Positions 39,495 through 48,400 of a stretch of 64,000 bases of DNA are shown here, one piece after another. A program made the translations under genes and the position numbers. The stretch spans positions 47,368,001 to 47,432,000 of the forward strand of contig OX597831.1 in the NCBI GenBank assembly GCA_951406725.2, written 5' to 3'. Below the pieces are notes generated by a model. It did not search any database, was not told the DNA's origin, and saw only the letters and a program-made list of their open reading frames with translations. Source of the stretch: Octopus vulgaris (Eukaryota). Position 1 is the stretch's first letter. Every line of letters begins with the position of its first letter.

Positions 39495-42400
39495 ATTGCA
39501 ATCTCAGAATATGTGTATATCTAATTAATAATTTATATGTAATTGTTAAAATTGTTCAACTCTGACGGAGGAAGTTAATGGTCTGAAAGAGTTACAATTG
39601 TGTCAGTAATGTCAATTTCTCTTTTTAACTTCATGCTGCTTTTATAATATATATATATATATAAAATTTGGCTGTCTGTAATTTCATGAAACAGTAATAT
39701 ATGGCAAAAAGAAGGCAGTGTGAGATAGTTCAAGTTTTACCTGTGGATTTTGCATTTCAGCCATTGGCATACTGGTGTTTCCAATCTTACATGGAATCTG
39801 TGAAAGAAGAATTTAAAGAAGATGGATTAGTTCGGAAGATGGGTAAGTTTAGAAAAACTTATACAGTGAATTCAAAGTAACAAAGTATAACCGTATATAA
39901 ACTTCAGTAAAAATATAGGGGCAGGAGTGGCTGTGTTGTAAGTATATAGGCGCAGGAGTGGCTATACCAACCACATGGTTCCGGGTTCAGTCCCACTACG
40001 TGGCACCTTGGGGAAGTGTTTTCTACTATAGCCTCAGGCTGACCAAAGCCTTGTGAGTGGATTTGGTAGACGGAAATTGAAAGAAGCCCGTTGTATATAT
40101 GTATATGTATATATATGTGTGTGTTTGTGTTTGTCCCCCCAACATCACTTGACAACCAATGCTGGTGTGTTTACGTCCCCGTAACTTAGCGGTTCGGCAA
40201 AAGAGACCGATAGAATAAGTACTAGGCTTACAAAGAATAAGTCCTGGGGGGCGATTTAGTCGACTAAAGGCAGTGCTCCAGCGCGGCCACAGTCAAATCA
40301 CTGAAACAAGTAAAAGAGTAAAACATCAATTACAGCACCTCTTGTCTTGACCTTTTAGCATTCAGTTTACTCTTTCAGAATGTAATGCTTCACATTGTTT
40401 TGAATTAATCCTTCGTCATCTTGTAGTAGCTTCGAGATTTCAGTGATATACTCTTTTACTTATTTCAGTCATTTGACTGGCCATGCTGGAGCACTGCATT
40501 GAAAGGTTTTTTTTTAGTCAAAAGAATCAACCCCAGTATTTATTCCTTTTTTTTAAGCCTGATACTTATTCTGTTGGTCTTTTTTTGCCCAACTGATAAG
40601 TTATGGGGATGTAAACACACCAGCACTGGTTGTCATGTGGTGATGGGGGGGGACAAACAAAGACACACACATATATATGATGGGCTTCTTTCAGTTTCTG
40701 TCTACCAAATCCACTCACAAGAATTTGGTCAGCTTGAGGTTATAGTAGAAGACACTTGATCAAGGTGCCACGCAGTGGGACTGAACCTGAAACCATGTGG
40801 TTGGGAAGCAAGCTTCTCACCACACATCCATGCCTTGTTTATTTTTAAAATTACATTGTAGAATAGGTTTGAGAGGCCAGGTCTGTCCAGGTTCACCATG
40901 GAACAGGAAGATATGGTTGGTTTAAATGCTAAAAGGTTAATAGATGCTTTGAGTATATAGATGATAGAAAAATGGATAAACCTCGCTTGCAGTAGGATTT
41001 TAATTCTACAGTATGTTGTTACTTTTTTAGTTCCTGATTAGCATTGGCTGAATAAACTTATGATCAAATCATTCCAACTGTGACTATCCAATTTTTTTGT
41101 ATATCTATGACAGCAGTGTCATTTTGTTTTCAAGACTGTAGAATATGATATGAGAAAAATTTGTCTGCTATTTCTAGCAGGTTGAACAACTACTGATAGG
41201 ATTGTTTTTGTTTTCCACACTATAAATGGAAGAGGTGAATTATCCATAGGCCATAGGTATTCAGTAAAGGCATGTGACCTAGTGATTAAGGGTGTTTCAC
41301 TCATGGTTTCAATTCTTGGACTGGGAGGTATGTTGTGTTCTTGAGCAAAATGCTTTGTTTCACTCAGCTTCAGTCTTCTCAGCTATAAATGAGTAATCCT
41401 GCAATAGACTGGTGTCCCATTCAGTGGAAGTGTTGTGATCTTAGTCACTTGTATGCCATGGAAACAAGGCAGTATTGTCCTGGGGTTGATGATATAATAA
41501 TAATGAAATTATTGTATACAGTGCTCAGGTGCACCACAACTTGTCAGAAAGTGCATATAAAGTACATGCAGTAATGTAAAAATGTCTGGAAAGCGAACAA
41601 TGTATGAGTCAGATACATGCCTGTGTGTGTATGGAGGGGAGAAAATCAGGTGTATGATGATGAGTGTTCAGTTCAAATTCACTGTAGACATTATTAAAAT
41701 TTGCACTGTACCAACTATCCAGCTGTGGAGAATTGACACAAAATTTTCTGGAAAGCTTGCCTGTTATTAAGTAACACCCTGTCTAGGAGAATATTTGTAT
41801 TTCACTTACATAAAATAAATTTAAAAAAAACAAAAAATGATTGGCAGAATTCTGCTTTAAGTACACCATTAACCCCTCACAACTGTTTTTATTTTTTTTG
41901 AATTTTCAGAAAATATTTGCAAATTTGTATTCTACATGTGAGAATTCATATGATTATGCAAAAACCAAACAAAAAGAAAAATTTGGTGTGGGATTTAAGG
42001 GCTGTTTAGCTGGTTCTGTTTTTTAGCACATCTCAAAAGCAGCGCCTCGTTTATATTATTTACATTCAACGGATATTTGTCCTCATCTTGTTTGTTGTTA
42101 ACACAACGTTTCGGCTGATATACCCTCCAGCCTATATCAGGTGTCTTGGGGAAATTTCGAACCTGAGTTCTCATTCTTAAAGTATTTTTCGATGTTATTA
42201 TTATTATTCAGGTCACTGCCTGGAATCGAACTTAGAATCTTGGGGTTAGTAGCCCACGCTCTTAACCTCGTTTGTTCGTCAGTCTGACATACCTTTCTCT
42301 CCATAAACTCATTTAATGGTCTGTTGCTTGGATTTAAGCCAAAAAATTTTGACTGTGCATATTTTAACCCTTTCGTTACTGAATTTATTTTGAGATGCTC

Positions 42401-45400
42401 AGTGTTTCTTCCAATTATGTTAAATATAACAAAAAATTAAGTAAAATAACTTAGTTATCATTAAGCTAGAGTTTAGGGACATAAATTGTGACGAAGGTTT
42501 GGTGGAAGGTTTTAATTCAGAACTTTTGAAAACCAGACATTTGTACTAAAGAGCCAGAGCCGGTTTCAGCCGGGTTGGTAACGAAAGGGTAAGCGTGATT
42601 TAAGAAAAATATTTGAAATTTCTTTTTACAAGTTAAAAAGTGTAAAAGAATTTTTTCAAATTTTTTTCATAGTCATATTATTTCCCATGTGTAGAATACA
42701 AAGGCACAAAACTTTTCTGAAAATTCAAAAAAATAAATAAGTTAAAGCAAAATTCCACCGAAAATCTGAATAAAGTAAAATAAAACTGAACTTAAATCAT
42801 GAAAGGATAACTTCAGTTAATTTACTATAAATGACACAACATGTTGAATGGAATAAGTTTCACCAGTTGGTTTTTACAGTTTTGATACCTACCTGCCTAA
42901 ACCTACCTCAGATTCTACAATACAAAACCTCCTATCTTAAGAGGTTCTGATCTAAATTAAAACCTTCTCAACGGACAGAGTCAACATCCATTGACAAGGC
43001 TGCAAAAGCAACAAAACTTTTTGGAAAAAATAATATATTATAAACAATTTTTAAACATTGAATGGCTGTGGTGGTCCACCAGAATAAAATAGCAATCAAA
43101 GGAGTCCATAGGTAAAAAGTGATTGAGAACCCCTGATATAAAGTAACAAGTGCAGTTTGTGGCAAAACCTTATATAAAAGAACCGTAACAGTGCATAGTA
43201 ACACTAAATATTAAAATGCTAATACTTTATATATGAATTGGCTTGAGCTGTGCAATGTGTGAATATTTCATTACAGATAAAGTGCAACAGTTACTGAATG
43301 AAGTTGATGCAGAGGTCCGTCGTCACCTGACAGAATATCAACTCAGTATGGTCTGTTGTCAAAGGTAAATTAACAAAGTAACACAGTTATTCTTTTGTGT
43401 TTTCTCGTAACTGTACAAGGGGGTGCTGTAAAGTTCCTGGCTTTGGGTAAAAGAAAATACAGGAGGATCAGTTAATCACACATTTATTGCAGCAGTCCTT
43501 TTTTTCTAAGCCTTTTAAAAGAACTCCAACCAGGTCTTTCATGATACCCTTAACCCTTTAGCATTCAAACCGGCCATATCCGGCCAAAATATTTAACCTG
43601 TTTTATATTGAAACTGACCAGAGCTCGCCTCTCACCTCAGCCCTACCATGTCATTCTAAAACTAAAAAAATCACATCACTGCAATCTCTAAACTACAAGA
43701 TAATACATGATTAATTCAAACCATTTTAAATAAACAAACATCACATTTGACAGAATAATCTGAACACTAAAGGGTTAAAATCAGGAACTTTTCAGCATCC
43801 CCTTGTATGTGTTGTTCTTTAGATCCAAAATTAGCCCTCATTAAGCAGGCTGTAACTTCCCAGTCTTATTTTTTAGACACAATATCAGTATATTTATGAT
43901 TGCATAATCCAATGTATTCTTCCTTTAAAAGGCAACAAGATGTGATTTCAGAGAGATTTTACTGTTACTTCTAATAGCATTAGCAACCATATAGAAGCTT
44001 CCCCATTGGTCCATGTTTGTATATCTTTAATTAATTGCCTTTACATATGTATGCATGAAGGCACATGGCTCAGTGGTTAGAGCATCAGGCTCACAATCAT
44101 GAAGTAGTGAGTTTGATTCCCAGACTAGGCTGTGTGTTGTTTTCTTCAACAAGACACTTTATTTCCTGTTGCACCAGTTCTCACATCTGTAAAAATGAAT
44201 TGTGATATCACTGGTGCCAAGCTGTATCAGCCTTTGCCTTTCCCTTTCCCTTGGATAACATTGATGGCATGGAGAGGGGAGGTTGGTATATATAGGTGAC
44301 TGCTGGTTTTCCATAAACAACCTTGCCTGGACTTGTGTCTTGGAGGGTAACTTTGTAGGTGCAATCCCATAGTTATTCATGACCAAAAGGGGTCTTTTTT
44401 ACATGTGTATGTGTAAATGTCTGTTTATAGTATCTGATTAAGTAAATGTTTATATTTACAAATTCACATGAATTGCATATGAAAATATTTGTATATAAAT
44501 ATCTAATTTATATCTTAAGGGTTGTCCCAAAACTAATATAAAAATGGGCATAGCTTTATCAACAGACATAGATCATTCAAATTGCAGTGTTAGTAGAGTA
44601 ACACATTTTCTATACAAAGATGCTACTTGACATAGATGACATCACAAGTGATGAATTCTAGCCATCATTGAACCCAATTCTCAAATCCTATTTGAAAAAA
44701 TTCAGGTGTGTGCTATTGTACCCACCACTTTACAGCCAATTTTACCTTGACTGTGTCATTGTTACTGAAGACTGGATTGAACAGATAGAAGTCGGAGGGC
44801 GTTAGATCTGGACTGTATGATACCACTGGTCAGCCCAGTTTTCTGATTGCCTGATTGGTTGCCAAAAGATGTGTATGGTCATATATTGTCATGGTGAATG
44901 TGGATTGTTTTCAGACTCTTGTTGGGTCTCTTCCTTCTAATGGTTTCTCTAAGTTTTTTGAGTGTTTCAATATACCACTCATTGTTTACATTTGAGAAAA
45001 TATGAAGAATGATTTTGTCATTCTCTGAAACAGTTGCCATGACTTTTTGCAATGATAGCTGACTCCTGAACTTCTTAGGCTCCATGAATTGAGACTTATT
45101 TCCAGATCATGAAGATATGCCTACATTTCATCCCTGGGTTGATAAAGAAAAAATCAAAAAAAAAAAAAAAAGTGTCTTCTTTGGCTTCCAGCACTTTTTG
45201 CAGATCAAAGCAGACTTCCACCCTTCACTCCTTCAAATCAGGTGTTAACTGTCAAGGTACCCACATTGCACATATTTCTAATACCCAAGCACTTGCACCA
45301 TCTTTTCCTTGCTGGGTATCACAAAAGGCCTGGTTGGAGGCCCAACCTTCCGAGTTCTTTTACAAGGCTTAGAAAAACTGAAGGACCACTGCAATAAGTG

Positions 45401-48400
45401 TGTGAATCTGAGAGTGGAACATGTTGAATAAAATCATAATTAACTGATCCTCCTGTATTTTCTTTCAACCAAACCCAGGAACTTTCAACACCCATCTTTC
45501 CATTTTCAAATGCCCTGTGTTCTTTCCCTCTCTATTTTGGTGTAATTCCCCCCTCTCTCTCTCTCTCTCTCATAATTGTGGAAAGAAATAAACACTTTAC
45601 CTGTCTTATTTTCCTCAGGTGGCTTGTGGTTGGCTTCAAGAGAGAATTTGATTTGGAGGACTCACTAAAGTGCTTTGAAATCATCAACAGTCGTCATTTA
45701 GAACTGACAGCTGTTGAAACAGAATTGATACGTAGGAAAGACTGTAAATTTGATTCTGATGACTTTGGTAAGTTTGCTGTTTTCAGGAACTCTTGACTCC
45801 ACTCTCTTGTAATGTCTTCTTTCTGTTCTAGAGAAAATAAGATTGATAGAAGCCCATGTTATCCTACCAGCTAAATGCTTTTGAGAAAATTTTAAACACT
45901 GAAACAGAGGGCTTATATATGCAATGTCTAGACGTAACATGTATAACACTAAGTAACACAATTTTTGTTCTTGGGTAGCAACTGTTTATTTCCTATGAAA
46001 AATGGCTAATATTTCCGTCAAACTTTGTTTTTGTTACATTTATTCAATCCCCAAAGAATCCCTCCCAACATGCGGCTATGATGCTCCCCAACTATTCCTG
46101 CTCGTGATTAAAGATGCGCATATTATTAGCCACTAAGGGACATGTTCAAGTGGTTAAGGTCAAGCAACTGACCAGCAAGTCTGTGGTACTGAGCAGAATA
46201 TTTGCTAAAATGATATTTCTGCTTCAGCAACTCAGCTCTGAATCTGTCTGAAATGTAATGGAAAATAGGTCAGATTCAAAACATTGATATCCAGGTCAGA
46301 AAAGCAAAGTTTGAAGGGAATAGTAGTCATTTCCTTTGATTTCTAAATAGAAGCAAATAAGAAATAACATTTACTGACCAAAGACAATAAAGGCAAAAAA
46401 ATTTTATTACACAGTATAAGGTGTAATAAATACAATAAATACATAATGTATAAAGTAAGAGAGCTTACATTATAATGTAATCTAATGTTATCTATAAAGG
46501 CAGTGAGGTGGCAGAATCATTAATGTGTCAGACAAAGTGCTTTGTGGTAATTCTTTCTGGTTCTGTACATCCTAAGTCCAAATGCTGCTGAAATTGACTT
46601 TGCCTTTCATTGTTTTGAAATCACTGAAGTTGATTTAATCAATTTTTCCTCCATCTCTTTAAAATTGCTGGCCTTGTGCCAAAATTAGAAAGAACTATTA
46701 TGTAATGTATAAATGACTGATGGAGGCTCCTAAACATTACATTACACATGTAATGTCTAGAGAGACTCTACTAGTCAAGGTTAGCTATATATTTGTACTT
46801 GTATGTGTAGGTCTGGGCAAGGTTTAAAAAAAAATTTTTTTTCGTGTGAAACACTGGTGGTTGTCCATGCATACAAGTCACCCTTCTCTATACCACTGAT
46901 GTTGTTTAAGGGATAGGTTTAGGGTTGATATATTGGCATCAGTTTCATTGCAAGTGTTGATATCACAACACAAGGAACTAGAACAGGTATAACAAGGCAT
47001 ATCGTCTGATGCTCTCACAGCTCTACTAATCCATTGCTCTTGATTGGTACTTGCTTTACTGATCCTGAAAGGATAAAGGGCAAATTGACCTGGGTAGGAT
47101 TTGAACATGGTGAGCATGTAGTTGGAAACCATACCACTCTGTACAATACTCTGATAACTCTTTCTTACATGCAATGCGATGCAAATAAATTCAAAGACCT
47201 AGTCTTTAGTGATATAGCAGCATTAATAAGTGCTTATAGATTAACTATTTTGAAATCATGAATAATGAGAAGACTGAATATAATAATTTAATAACTCCAA
47301 TTAAAGAATTTTGTATTGTAGTGTACCTAAGTTAGATTGGCAAGGCCTACTGTATTTTCCAGCATACAAGTTGACAATATATAGTGTAAACATGTAGTGT
47401 AAGCACTGAAGCATCTTTCCAAATCCTGTTGTATTTCACCAGGAATTTTTGATCTTTCAAAGTCAACTTGGTGTATAAACTGACTTAGCATTTTTAGTTG
47501 TAAATTTTGGTCTGAAAAATTCAACTTGTGTATCAGAAAATAAGGTATTTCTCTCAAAGCCACATACATAGTATATAAGTTCAAGTCTGATGCCTGCCAA
47601 ACATGCTTTGGTATTTCCAGCAGAGATTTGTGCTATCCAATATCTATATTGAAGTGAATGAAATCATCTGACAGTTAAGTGTGGCTCTTACATCATTTAT
47701 GGTAACATAAGTGCAGCTGACAAAGTAAAAACCTCTAAGTAAATGGTTATAGTTAATTAACTCTTTAGCATTTAAATCAGCTATATCAGGCTCAGGCCCA
47801 GATATTCTACATTCTTTACCGTACAATGTCCTTCTAAAACTAAACAATTTACATCATCAAAATCTGAAAGCTTCATGGTAATGTAGGATTAATTCAAAAC
47901 AATGTGAATAAATAAGCATTACATTTGATAAAGTAATCTGAATGCTAAAGCGTTAAATTCTTATTTTCATTGCAGGAGGTACTCTACGAATGGTGTCTTC
48001 GATGGATAAGCCACCATACTCATTTGACATCTTCATGTGTGCTGCTCTTTTACTTGAATTGCGAGAGGAAATATTTAACTGGACGTCATTAGAAGATATA
48101 TATGTTGGAATGAATAGGTCAGTCAGTTTTTAAATCACATCTCACAGCGATGTATTTGAATTTTGAAAACCTGCCCAACTCTTGTCAGTATGGAGAAAGG
48201 CTATTAAAAAGATATTAAAAAAAAAAGAACAATTTAAAAAGCTAGAGTAGGTGCAAGTGTGGCTGTGTGGTAAGAAGCTTGCTTCCCAACCACATGGTTC
48301 TGACTTCAGTCCCACTGTGTGGCACTTTGGGCAAGTGTCTTCTATTATAGCCTTGGGCCAAATAAAGCCTTGTGAGTGGATTTGGTAGACAAAATGTGAA

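Noticed and set aside
44879-45085. ORF as a functional transposase or domesticated gene
   Set aside because: Surrounding mariner motifs are broken by stops and frameshifts, including a stop in WVPxQL.
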